Part shown: piece by piece, positions 1-7,676 of the stretch
Position numbering within the stretch: position 1 is the first letter of the stretch
How the letters are laid out: each line of letters begins with the position of its first letter
IMG/VR virus record: IMGVR_UViG_3300038314_001501
Location: 1 to 42,296 of that record
DNA length: 42,296 nucleotides
Reading direction: 5' to 3' (one strand)
Origin: a virus
Lineage: Duplodnaviria; Caudoviricetes
The notes under the pieces: generated by a model
What the model was told of the DNA's origin: nothing
Databases searched by the model: none
The model's input: the letters and a program-made list of their open reading frames with translations, nothing else
Program-made: the position numbers and the translations under genes

Positions 1-727
1 TAAGTTGGCGAGGGTGTCTCCCACCTTTTCCATCAGACTTCTCCTGCTTTATTTCCCGGGCCTTGTCCATCCAATTCTTCAGGGCTAACTTTGGACGCTT
101 GAGTTTTCTATTCCCCTCACTCCAGTAAAGATGAAACTTCGTCAATTCATTATCAAAGTTCACATCAGAATACTGTGATCTAAGTTCATCAACGTATTCA
201 TCAAAGACTATTTTTTCTTGTTCCGGGGTCGTCTTCTTATTTAGTTTTATTTCATTTCGTTTCATTTGTGGTTTTCCTACGTCAGGAATCCCTGTATCTG
301 GTTCATTGTTTACGTCAGAAACCTTTGTAGCTGTGGGTTTACTACCATTTATACTAGGTCTTGCAGGAACCGCCGTCAGCCGGTTACGGTAAGCATCGGT
401 GACATTATCGACAAGTTTCTGCACCCATAGGGTCCGGCACTGTTCCCATAAGTCCCTGTCAATGGCATCCAGGTCCAGGAGCGTGTTGATAATTGCCTCC
501 GCTTTATCCTCGGCTACATGTGTTTTAGCAAGTAGAAACTTCCAAGCGGAGGGGTTTCTTACGTCATAAACGTGCCCTTCGCTACTTGCTAAGAGTTCCA
601 GGAGCTTGAACCAGAAGGCATACCCATCGTTCCCGAACTCAGTTTCAAGAATGAACAGCGTCTTACCGGTACTCGCGTCAGAATAATGGGGGAAATAATC
701 AACCGTCTGCTTATGCGGTCTTGCCAT
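1..727 (-). CDS. Phage replication initiator-like protein (DUF4373/Lin1244-like N-terminus), truncated by the window edge
   Basis: Not in the ORF track. Manual translation from ATG 727 gives MARPHKQTVDYFPHYSDASTGKTLFILETEFGNDGYAFWFKLLELL..., matching the 'DYFPH...FG.DGYA.W..LLE' pattern. The frame is open to position 1 and has a C-terminal 'FHLYWSEG...ALKNWM' segment. Confidence 0.8.
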   Translation of the reverse strand, partial: MARPHKQTVDYFPHYSDASTGKTLFILETEFGNDGYAFWFKLLELLASSEGHVYDVRNPSAWKFLLAKTHVAEDKAEAIINTLLDLDAIDRDLWEQCRTLWVQKLVDNVTDAYRNRLTAVPARPSINGSKPTATKVSDVNNEPDTGIPDVGKPQMKRNEIKLNKKTTPEQEKIVFDEYVDELRSQYSDVNFDNELTKFHLYWSEGNRKLKRPKLALKNWMDKAREIKQEKSDGKGGRHPRQL

Positions 728-905
728 CCTGATCCCCCTTTAATCTCACCACTTCAGATTTAGGGATTGTCCTGAAGGCCCCGGCTTTAACGGCTTGGAT
801 TTTACCCTTAGCGCACCATCGATGGAGTGTCATCGCGGTAATACCCAGCTCCTTAGCTGCCTCTCTCATACTCAGAAGGTCCGTATTCTCAAAAGTCAGT
901 CTCAC
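711..905 (-). CDS. Excisionase-like/HTH_17 DNA-binding protein
   Basis: LLSMREAAKELGITAMTLHRWCAKGKIQAVK motif; AGGAGG RBS upstream of the GTG. Confidence 0.85.
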   Translation of the reverse strand: MRLTFENTDLLSMREAAKELGITAMTLHRWCAKGKIQAVKAGAFRTIPKSEVVRLKGDQDGKTA

Positions 906-922
906 AACATCCTCCTGTTACA

Positions 923-950
923 AGTATAACACCTTTTTGTCTTTTGTCAA
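923..950 (-). promoter_or_regulatory. Sigma70-type promoter for the HTH/replication genes
   Basis: TTGACA (950-945), 16-nt spacer, TATACT (928-923) with a TGn extended -10. Confidence 0.75.
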
Positions 951-953
951 CCC

Positions 954-1037
954 CTAGCATGACGAGCTAATGACCAGGATAACCCCGAGTATGACCAAGC
1001 CCATGATAGCGTATTTAGACCACCATTTATCGAACAT
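954..1037 (-). CDS. 27-aa single-pass membrane peptide
   Basis: MFDKWWSKYAIMGLVILGVILVISSSC; AGGAGG RBS upstream. Confidence 0.55.
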   Translation of the reverse strand: MFDKWWSKYAIMGLVILGVILVISSSC

Positions 1038-1092
1038 CTTATTGCCTCCTAAACACTTCCTGCCTTTTTCAGCCGTGCCTCTACCAGATTTA

Positions 1093-1269
1093 CTACAGCC
1101 GACCCCATGCAACTGGCTGGGTGGTACGAATGAAATCTATGAGATCTTCACGTAGAACACATAGCGAGCGGTCGTACTCAGACCAATGACGAGTAGCGTA
1201 GCCAACTGAGTTGAGATGACTCTCTATATGCTCTTCAAATTTCTTCTCAGTTGGTTTAAGTGAAGTCAC
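1093..1269 (-). pseudogene. hsdR: Truncated Type I restriction subunit HsdR (N-terminal 58 aa only)
   Basis: GTG overlaps the hsdS stop (GTGA). Translation MTSLKPTEKKFEEHIESHLNSVGYATRHWSEYDRSLCVLREDLIDFIRTTQPVAWGRL* resembles HsdR N-termini (E..FE..IE..L...GY...YDR.L.....D...FI..TQP..W). Confidence 0.75.
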
Positions 1270-1901
1270 GCCACTTCCTCCACAACCCTGACCTTACCTG
1301 TGACTACGTTAGAGATTAGGGACTGTCGATATTCTTTAAGTAGTTCAATCTTTCGTTCACTCTTTTCTATCAAAGAGTCTATTTGCGTTGTTTTTTCATC
1401 AAGGTAGTTGGCTATTTCGGTTTGGGTATTCTGGTTGGGTACAGGTATAACAATCGATTTCAACTGATCCCATCGAGTACTCCATAAATCCCAATGAATC
1501 CCTTTCCCATTCCTAAAAAATTCTTCTTTGAAGTAGTAACTCTTAAATAGATATTCAGCATAGGTGGGTATGATTTGTCGTGGCCCCAATACAATATTGA
1601 TTACGGAAACAGAACCATCTCTTTTAGATAAACCAGATGATCCTTTACGGTCTGAGCGGGAATTGATTACAAAATCACCTTCCCTAACAAGCTTCCTGTT
1701 GTCAGTATTATCGGTTTTTGCTACGTCTTCTAGTTGGTCAACTATCCCATTCATTGTCACAGACAAAGGAGGAAACGTTTTGTCATCGACTGTTTGTCTT
1801 CTTTCAGAGAAGTAATCACCGACTCTCTTCAAAGACCAACTGGACGGTATCTCTCCAATCCACTCTAGACCGCTGTCTTTATAACTTATGTATCTATTCA
1901 T
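1266..1901 (-). CDS. hsdS: Type I R-M specificity subunit, half-size (single TRD)
   Basis: YKDSGLEWIGEIPSSW start and Q.EIANYLDEKTTQIDSLI...LLKEYRQSLISNVVTGK end; only 211 aa. Confidence 0.9.
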   Translation of the reverse strand: MNRYISYKDSGLEWIGEIPSSWSLKRVGDYFSERRQTVDDKTFPPLSVTMNGIVDQLEDVAKTDNTDNRKLVREGDFVINSRSDRKGSSGLSKRDGSVSVINIVLGPRQIIPTYAEYLFKSYYFKEEFFRNGKGIHWDLWSTRWDQLKSIVIPVPNQNTQTEIANYLDEKTTQIDSLIEKSERKIELLKEYRQSLISNVVTGKVRVVEEVA

Positions 1902-3603
1902 CGGATAAACCTTTCAACAATGCACTAACATCATTGTCCAAAGACTTCAGGTCGTCTCTAATCTCTTGTACAGTCCTAAGCCCAGCAAACTTATAAAAAT
2001 ACTTGGTGAAATTAATTTCATATCCAATCTTGTCTTTTGACCTGTCCATCCATGCATCTGGTACATGGGGTCTAACCTCAGTTTCAAAATACCTATTGAT
2101 ATCTTGATCCAAAGGTACTCGTTCGTAATCCCTTTTCGCTGAGTCAGACTTGGGATTTCCCTTCCTATCTGTTTGTACCTCTCCATCTTCAACCAAAGGT
2201 TGCTCCACGGTTACCTTTGTATAGCCAAAGAATTCATTCGGGTAGATTTTGGAAAATTCGCTTTCCTCACCGGACATATAGATGTTAAAAAGCTCATCAA
2301 TGTGCTCACTCGATAATTCTTTGCCCTTGTCACCCAAGTTCTTTCTCATCGATGTTCCAAATGATGAGCCGTCAATAAGCTGAACTTTACCCATTCGCTC
2401 TGGTGATTTTTTGTTAGTTACAGTCCCTATGTAGGTATGGATACCCGTGTTGAAAAACATCCTGTCAGGGAGGGCAACAATACATTCAAGCCAGTCATTT
2501 TCAATAATCCACTTACGTATCTCAGATTCCCCACTTCCAGCATCACCAGTAAATAGGGGTGACCCATTGAAAACGATACCTATACGTGAACCATCTGGAT
2601 TCATTTTGTGAATCAAGTGTTGAAGGAACAACAACGAGCCGTCTGATGACCTTGGAGTACCTGCAAAGAACCTGCCACTAGGATCTTTACTCTCTTGTTC
2701 TATAAAAGCTTGTTCTGCCTTCCAGCTCACTCCAAACGGGGGATTGGTTATCATGTAATCGAATTTCCTGCCATGAAGACGATCATCGGAGAGTGAACTA
2801 GCAGGGCCGTGAATATTGTCAGTGTCTTCCCCCAGCATTAGGATGTCGGATTTGCATATTGCATAGGTAGTATCATTAAGTTCCTGCCCATAGATATTCA
2901 TTATCAAGTCTGGATTGATGTTTTCCTGAACCCACTCCTTTCCAATCGTCAGCATGCCTCCAGTCCCACAACAGGGGTCAAACACTGATCGAATCTTTCC
3001 TGCTCCTTCAAGATTCTTTCTGTCCCCTCCAAATACAAACGATACGAGGAGCCTGACTATATCTCTGGGCGTGAAATGGTCTCCACTTTCTTGATTGGAC
3101 ATCTCAGAGAATTTCCGAAGAAGCTCTTCGTAGATTGACCCCATTTGGTGGTTGTCTATCGCAGATGGGTGGAGATTAAACTCCGTGAACTTATCGATTA
3201 ATAAGTAAAGACGTTTGTTACTATCAAGTTTCCTAACCAGAGGGTCTATAGAGAAGTTATCAATGATGTTTCGCACATTCTCCGAATACCCTTGAATGTA
3301 GTTATTGAAGTTCATCATTACGTTATTCGGGTCGCTTTTGATGCGAGTCAGGTCAAATCTGGAGTGATTGTAAAAAGGGAGACCCACCTGCTTTTGAATT
3401 ACAGGGGAGGAATCTGTTAGCTTATCTTTATACTGCTCATAAAGGTTGAACATCTCATCTTTTTTGGACTCAAGTACGCAGTCCAACCTTCTCATGACGA
3501 CAAAAGGAAGAATGACACGTCCATATTCACTGGGCTTGAACAGACCACGTAGAACATCGTCTGCGGATGACCAAATGAGTGAAGAAAGATTGTTGTCAAC
3601 CAT
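1894..3603 (-). CDS. hsdM: Type I R-M N6-adenine methyltransferase subunit
   Basis: IWSSADDVLRG N-terminus, GDHFTPRDIV, FDPCCGTGGML (motif I), NPPF (motif IV), IGYEINFTKYFY C-terminus. Confidence 0.95.
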   Translation of the reverse strand: MVDNNLSSLIWSSADDVLRGLFKPSEYGRVILPFVVMRRLDCVLESKKDEMFNLYEQYKDKLTDSSPVIQKQVGLPFYNHSRFDLTRIKSDPNNVMMNFNNYIQGYSENVRNIIDNFSIDPLVRKLDSNKRLYLLIDKFTEFNLHPSAIDNHQMGSIYEELLRKFSEMSNQESGDHFTPRDIVRLLVSFVFGGDRKNLEGAGKIRSVFDPCCGTGGMLTIGKEWVQENINPDLIMNIYGQELNDTTYAICKSDILMLGEDTDNIHGPASSLSDDRLHGRKFDYMITNPPFGVSWKAEQAFIEQESKDPSGRFFAGTPRSSDGSLLFLQHLIHKMNPDGSRIGIVFNGSPLFTGDAGSGESEIRKWIIENDWLECIVALPDRMFFNTGIHTYIGTVTNKKSPERMGKVQLIDGSSFGTSMRKNLGDKGKELSSEHIDELFNIYMSGEESEFSKIYPNEFFGYTKVTVEQPLVEDGEVQTDRKGNPKSDSAKRDYERVPLDQDINRYFETEVRPHVPDAWMDRSKDKIGYEINFTKYFYKFAGLRTVQEIRDDLKSLDNDVSALLKGLSDE

Positions 3604-3607
3604 AAAC

Positions 3608-3892
3608 CTAACTCCTCAATTCAGGATACTTCTCAAACAATTCCGGGTGTTCCTGCTCCCTTAATTCAGGCTTCTTTTCATAGCGTTCATGATCAGGACC
3701 GCACTCCAGTATCAGATTGCCCCGCTCCGTCTTCCCGCCTCGACCCAGGGCTATGATGTGGCTCAATGATATCCCACGCCAATCCCCGGTCGAGCCGCAG
3801 GTCTGGCAGCATTCCCCGTACTGGTCTATCAACTCCCGTTTCAGTTTAGAATGCAGGGCTAACTCTCGCCTTCTCTGCGGGGATTGTTTCAT
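3608..3892 (-). CDS. HNH endonuclease
   Basis: CQTCG...SHIIALGRGGKTERGNLILECGPDH. Confidence 0.75.
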   Translation of the reverse strand: MKQSPQRRRELALHSKLKRELIDQYGECCQTCGSTGDWRGISLSHIIALGRGGKTERGNLILECGPDHERYEKKPELREQEHPELFEKYPELRS

Positions 3893-3895
3893 CGA

Positions 3896-4558
3896 CTATT
3901 CCATCAACTTCTGAGCCGGCTTGATCAGCTTCTCCACAATAAGCGGCCAGAGATCAGCGACAATTATCTGGGATACTTCCTTCTCGGGGATGCTGAACTC
4001 CCTGAGAATATCAGATCGCTGTACCCCTTCCGCCGCAGCAGCGGTGAACATCTCGCCCACTGTCTCAGGGGCGCCGGTGGACCCGTTATCCTTAGATTCG
4101 ACTGCCGGTGCCATCCGGGTCTTGATCTCAGGGTGGACTTGACCATTACCAAGCCAGGTTTTGAGCTTTGCCACGAGCGCGTCATCATCGGCTATTTTAC
4201 CTGCTATCCAGAGCTGGGCAATTATATCAGCTCGCTTCTGTGACTCAATGCTCTGCCTGGTTATGCGATCCTTCTCTGCCCATGCCTCTTGGCTCATGCC
4301 GTTGCCGTTGGACTGAGGGGACGATGCCGGGGCTTTCCCCTCTGACACCATGGCTAGTTCCTTGAAGCTGCGCTTGTCTCCATCCTTGATTGTGATGTCC
4401 CCGATCTCGATCACGGCGCCAGGGGAAAGTTGTTCAGCCTTGGTATCGAAGGTGGTGTATTCTACCCCGTCCTGGCTGACGACCTTGAAGAGCCGCCATT
4501 TGCCCTTTTTACTCTCCCCATCTTTTAGAAACTTGGCTTCCTTAACTGTGATCTGCAT
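3896..4558 (-). CDS. Hypothetical protein, possibly ssDNA-binding/recombination (OB-like N-terminus)
   Basis: Beta-rich N-terminus (GESKKGKWRLFKVVSQDGVEYTTF) in the early region; RBS present. Confidence 0.55.
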   Translation of the reverse strand: MQITVKEAKFLKDGESKKGKWRLFKVVSQDGVEYTTFDTKAEQLSPGAVIEIGDITIKDGDKRSFKELAMVSEGKAPASSPQSNGNGMSQEAWAEKDRITRQSIESQKRADIIAQLWIAGKIADDDALVAKLKTWLGNGQVHPEIKTRMAPAVESKDNGSTGAPETVGEMFTAAAAEGVQRSDILREFSIPEKEVSQIIVADLWPLIVEKLIKPAQKLME

Positions 4559-4787
4559 GCTGTTCCTCCTTTGGATACATATTCCTGAACACCGGTTTCC
4601 AGTCGATGCCTTTCAACCCACCCCTGATTGCTTTGTGCGCCTCTGCCATCCGGTCAAAGCACTCTGCCCCGGTCTTGCTCATCCCTTTCTTGCAGCAGCC
4701 ACAGGTACATGGCTTGGATTGCAGCTCCTCGTGTGCTTGCTGTAGCTGATCAGTTATCGTTGAATTCTTTTCTTCATTAGCTTCCAC
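4542..4787 (-). CDS. Hypothetical Cys-rich protein
   Basis: AAGGAGG RBS; CTCGCC motif; overlaps the next gene. Confidence 0.55.
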   Translation of the reverse strand: MEANEEKNSTITDQLQQAHEELQSKPCTCGCCKKGMSKTGAECFDRMAEAHKAIRGGLKGIDWKPVFRNMYPKEEQHADHS

Positions 4788-4986
4788 TTCTTACGACCTC
4801 CTTATTTCTATAGGCAAATATGTTTTCATGATCATCCCGGCTATCTATTAGTTCCTGAATACGCAAAATCCTCCTTTCAAAAAATGGATCCATCAGCACA
4901 TCGTGAGATACCTTTTGGTGAGCATAGCTGACATTTCCCGGGGATTTAACCCCGATGATTGAGCCGATCTCTGATTTTGTAGTCTC
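4777..4986 (-). pseudogene. Startless remnant resembling the DnaA C-terminal (domain IV) HTH
   Basis: Frame ETTKSEIGSIIGVKSPGNVSYAHQKVSHDVLMDPFFERRILRIQELI... resembles 'S..EIG..FG.RDH.TV..A..K....D..'. It is preceded by an in-frame TGA, and the GTG at 4990 is out of frame. Confidence 0.5.
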
Positions 4987-4990
4987 TCAC

Positions 4991-5359
4991 TTAGACCTCC
5001 ATCTTCATCTGTTCGGGCTGTAGGATAGGTCTTGACGCTCTGAGGAAATCCCGCCTTCTCAAAGCATCCTCGATCAATCTGCCGCGAATCGACTGGGCAT
5101 ATCTCTCGACCTCTTCTTTAGTTTCGGCCAGGAAGAACCCCGCCGGCTTGACCGTGGTGGAAGCAATCGGATAGCCCTCTTCGATTAGCTCCCTGATCAT
5201 CATCCTGGTCAGTCGGTCACTGCCCACAGGTTCATATCGGCATGCCGCGGCGATCACCTTGCCTGGCAAAGCATGCGCCCGCCCTTTCTTAAGAGTAGAT
5301 AGGATCAGGCGCTTGAGCTCCGGTCTGTTCTCCGGTGGTATGCTCATCAAAAACTCCAC
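4991..5359 (-). CDS. Winged-helix DNA-binding protein
   Basis: DRLTRMMIRELIEEGYPIAS....GFFLAET.EE pattern typical of phage wHTH proteins. Confidence 0.65.
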   Translation of the reverse strand: MEFLMSIPPENRPELKRLILSTLKKGRAHALPGKVIAAACRYEPVGSDRLTRMMIRELIEEGYPIASTTVKPAGFFLAETKEEVERYAQSIRGRLIEDALRRRDFLRASRPILQPEQMKMEV

Positions 5360-5562
5360 TTCTCCAGATATAACTCTTTGTCTGATGCGGTATTATGGAT
5401 CCGATCCGGATGTACTGCCCAGGATAGTCCGCCACCGCCCTTCTCGACCTGTAGGTATGTCTCTCCAGGGAGGATGGGGTCAGGGCACACACGGCATTCA
5501 AAATACTTCTTAGCTTTGACCTCAGTGAAAATGTAGCCTGCCTCTCTGGTCCGTGTTCTCAT
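5347..5562 (-). CDS. Small putative Zn-binding protein
   Basis: ECRVCPDPILPGETY motif; GGAGG RBS. Confidence 0.55.
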   Translation of the reverse strand: MRTRTREAGYIFTEVKAKKYFECRVCPDPILPGETYLQVEKGGGGLSWAVHPDRIHNTASDKELYLEKWSF

Positions 5563-5602
5563 CTCAATACCTCCGTGTTATTTGGCTATCTAGCTAGTAG
5601 GG

Positions 5603-6172
5603 TTACGTTATTGGATATTCCCATCTTATCTTTGGGGCTAGTGTTTGCTCTTTGTTTCGCTGCCTCGTTCTTGTTGTCCACGATAAAGCCTTGGCTGGTT
5701 CGCTGGCAATCCAATTGCTTGCCTTGTAGATAGTGCCCTGATGAACCTCTGTATCCTGATAAGAGATAAGTTTGATGACATCGGGGAACTTCTTGCGAAT
5801 GAGTTTCACCATCACCCCGATCATCCAACTAGACGTGAACTTTGGAGCTTCAGCGCAGACAGCCAATCTCCGTAATTCAAGCAATCTACGCCCATCCTTC
5901 AGTCTGTTTCCTGCCACTGGTGTACTCCATATCCCCACAGCGAGGGGGTGACCATCATACCGAGCCACATAACAAACATAGTGGATATTTCTGACCACGT
6001 TAGACCAGTGGATATACGGTAGGCGGCTGTGCCATAGAGCGTTTAGTTCGCAAGCACTCTTAGCTGAAAGCTCCGAGACTACGAATTGGAGCGGTGAGGT
6101 CGGGATTGAACCGCCTTCTTCTATCTGGAATGATAGCTGTTCTACCATTGAACTACCACCGCACTGGTTCAC
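5603..6172 (-). CDS. mom: Mom-family (GNAT-like) DNA adenine hypermodification enzyme
   Basis: WHSRLP, LELRRLAVCAEAPKFTSSWMIG, KLISYQDTEVHQGTIYKASNW, matching the Mom-family pattern ELxR...P.N.ES...S(F/Y)AD...G.IY.ASN(F/W). GTG start has an AAGGAG RBS and overlaps the upstream stop (GTGA). Confidence 0.8.
   Translation of the reverse strand: MNQCGGSSMVEQLSFQIEEGGSIPTSPLQFVVSELSAKSACELNALWHSRLPYIHWSNVVRNIHYVCYVARYDGHPLAVGIWSTPVAGNRLKDGRRLLELRRLAVCAEAPKFTSSWMIGVMVKLIRKKFPDVIKLISYQDTEVHQGTIYKASNWIASEPAKALSWTTRTRQRNKEQTLAPKIRWEYPIT
6087..6162 (-). tRNA. tRNA-Gly(UCC)-like element, non-canonical, embedded in the mom coding sequence
   Basis: GCGGTGG TA GTTC-AATGGTA-GAAC AG CTATC-ATTCCA-GATAG AAGAA GGCGG-TTCAATC-CCGACC TCACCGC T CCA (76 nt). 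It has a 7-bp acceptor stem, D arm, TTC loop, U73 and encoded CCA. The anticodon loop is 6 nt and the T-stem carries a bulge. Confidence 0.75.
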
Positions 6173-6273
6173 TTCAACTCCTTCAAAGTTATTCCTGGTT
6201 GCTCTTTAGCCTTGAGAGCCATCAGAGCGAATACGGTCTGCGCTTTGCCTGTTAAGACGATGACGGGTTTCAT
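6169..6273 (-). CDS. 34-aa hypothetical protein translationally coupled to mom
   Basis: MKPVIVLTGKAQTVFALMALKAKEQPGITLKELK*; ATGA and GTGA overlaps at its two ends. Confidence 0.55.
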   Translation of the reverse strand: MKPVIVLTGKAQTVFALMALKAKEQPGITLKELK

Positions 6274-6479
6274 CTCTCCTCCTCGATTGCCCTGGTTAAG
6301 CTATCCCGCAATTCTACTATTTCCTCCAGGGTAACGCTGCTGAAGACAATCTCACCCTGATTATTGCTACGATAATTAATAAGGATGGGGAAGTCGTTAA
6401 TGTCATTGTCAAAGTCCAACTTGAGGGAAAGCTCCTCGGGGGCTACCTGCTTGCGTATCTTTGCTTTTATAGTTGTCAT
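6270..6479 (-). CDS. Hypothetical protein
   Basis: AGGAGG RBS; coupled stop/start overlaps. Confidence 0.6.
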   Translation of the reverse strand: MTTIKAKIRKQVAPEELSLKLDFDNDINDFPILINYRSNNQGEIVFSSVTLEEIVELRDSLTRAIEEER

Positions 6480-6652
6480 GCGACCTCCTTGAACTCATTG
6501 ATGACCTGCCGGACCCTTTCGCGATCTTCGCGCTTCAATTTAGCTTTCGCATAGTAAGCCTGAGCCTTATATAATTCAAGAATAAAGCGGCGATCTGATA
6601 CGTTATTCTGCTCATTTCCATCCTTATGATGCACTATTAATGGTTTCCTCAT
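6476..6652 (-). CDS. Hypothetical protein with an HNH-like fragment
   Basis: MRKPLIVHHKDGNEQNNVSDRRFILELYKAQ...; ATGA overlap with the next gene. Confidence 0.5.
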   Translation of the reverse strand: MRKPLIVHHKDGNEQNNVSDRRFILELYKAQAYYAKAKLKREDRERVRQVINEFKEVA

Positions 6653-6654
6653 AT

Positions 6655-6822
6655 CTACCCTTCCCGCCTCGCATTATCCAGGGCTTTGAGGATTCTACTG
6701 ACTCTGGATCGAGAAATATGGAATATGTCTGCTAGGGCCTGATGTGTATAATCAGGATGCTCCCGTGCGAATTTCCGTAGTCTCTCATTGCGGTCTCTCT
6801 TGTCCTTCATCTTATATATCAT
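6655..6822 (-). CDS. Small Cro-like HTH regulator, first gene of the early operon
   Basis: ...RNERLRKFAREHPDYTHQALADIFHISRSRVSRILK; GAGGTG RBS; directly downstream of a strong promoter. Confidence 0.7.
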   Translation of the reverse strand: MIYKMKDKRDRNERLRKFAREHPDYTHQALADIFHISRSRVSRILKALDNARREG

Positions 6823-6842
6823 TCTATCACCTCACTAACCCT

Positions 6843-6871
6843 ATAGTAGCACAGAGATGGCACAATGTCAA
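6843..6871 (-). promoter_or_regulatory. Strong sigma70 promoter of the early operon
   Basis: TTGACA (6871-6866), 17-nt spacer, TACTAT (6848-6843); AT-rich UP-like tract upstream; TGTGC direct repeat in the spacer. Confidence 0.8.
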
Positions 6872-7044
6872 TACCCTAATCCATTTATTTTCTACTTATT
6901 TTGATTTATTTTTTAAGGCATGGGTATACACGGAAAGGTGCTTAATGGATGCCGTCAGAGGCAACGAGAGGCAAATCCTGATGGACAGGGGTATAACTCT
7001 AGGGGGAGATCGGAATGAGGCGCAGGATTGTTAGCTGGTGAAGC

Positions 7045-7398
7045 CTACCACCATCCTAACTTATTGCCTAAGCCGTAGATTATGGCCAGCAAGGCTGTGG
7101 CTATCGTGCCGAGAAAGCTGGCCTGCTTCTTCCTGGACGGTTTCTGGCGGTCAGCGAGAATGCCAACCTGCTTATCTGTCGCTTCTATCCGTTGGTGGTT
7201 TTCTTTGATATCGTCCCGGGCGATGTTCAATGACCCGATAAAGCCGCCGTTCTGAGTATCCTTAACACCAAAGAGACTCGTATACATCTGCTCCTGAGCC
7301 TTATTCATCTCTTTGACCTCAAGGGCTAATGCTTGGTGATTCCCCTCCAGGGAGAGGAGTATTTGTCTGTCGGTCCGTTCGTCTTCAGCCATTGTCAA
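7045..7398 (-). CDS. Coiled-coil protein with C-terminal TM helix (holin/XhlA-like)
   Basis: Coiled-coil N-terminus, hydrophobic FLGTIATALLAIIYGLG; last gene of the tail operon. Confidence 0.55.
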   Translation of the reverse strand: MTMAEDERTDRQILLSLEGNHQALALEVKEMNKAQEQMYTSLFGVKDTQNGGFIGSLNIARDDIKENHQRIEATDKQVGILADRQKPSRKKQASFLGTIATALLAIIYGLGNKLGWW

Positions 7399-7403
7399 AT
7401 CCT

Positions 7404-7676
7404 TTACGCGGCAACCGCCGTGCCATCATCGACGCGGCGCCAACCTACAGCGTCATCATATACTAACACACCGGTTCCTGCCCCCGCACCCTCTCCGGTC
7501 TTCCGCCCATTTGTGGCAAAGCGTAAGCGTCCGGCTTGGCCGGCAGCCGGTAGCCCGGCCACTGTCGATGTCGCAACCCCCCCGGCGGTCTCGGCTCTCT
7601 CCATTGCTTCAAGAGCCCGGAGTCGACGGGACAGAGCTGCTATCGCCGGTGCTATATCATCAGCTGAGAGGGACAT
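7404..7676 (-). CDS. Small minor tail protein
   Basis: Likely start MSLSADD (7676); TVAGLPAAGQAGRLRFATNGRK...WRRVDDG motif. Confidence 0.6.
   Translation of the reverse strand: MSLSADDIAPAIAALSRRLRALEAMERAETAGGVATSTVAGLPAAGQAGRLRFATNGRKTGEGAGAGTGVLVYDDAVGWRRVDDGTAVAA

Noticed and set aside
6087-6162. tRNA-Gly-like element as an attP/attL integration scar
   Set aside because: It is full-length rather than a 3' fragment, has phage genes on both sides, lies inside a coupled ORF, and no integrase is nearby. Not formally excluded.
6744-7034. 96-aa plus-strand ORF as a divergent CI repressor
   Set aside because: No HTH or S24 motif, and it overlaps the minus-strand promoter and Cro-like gene.
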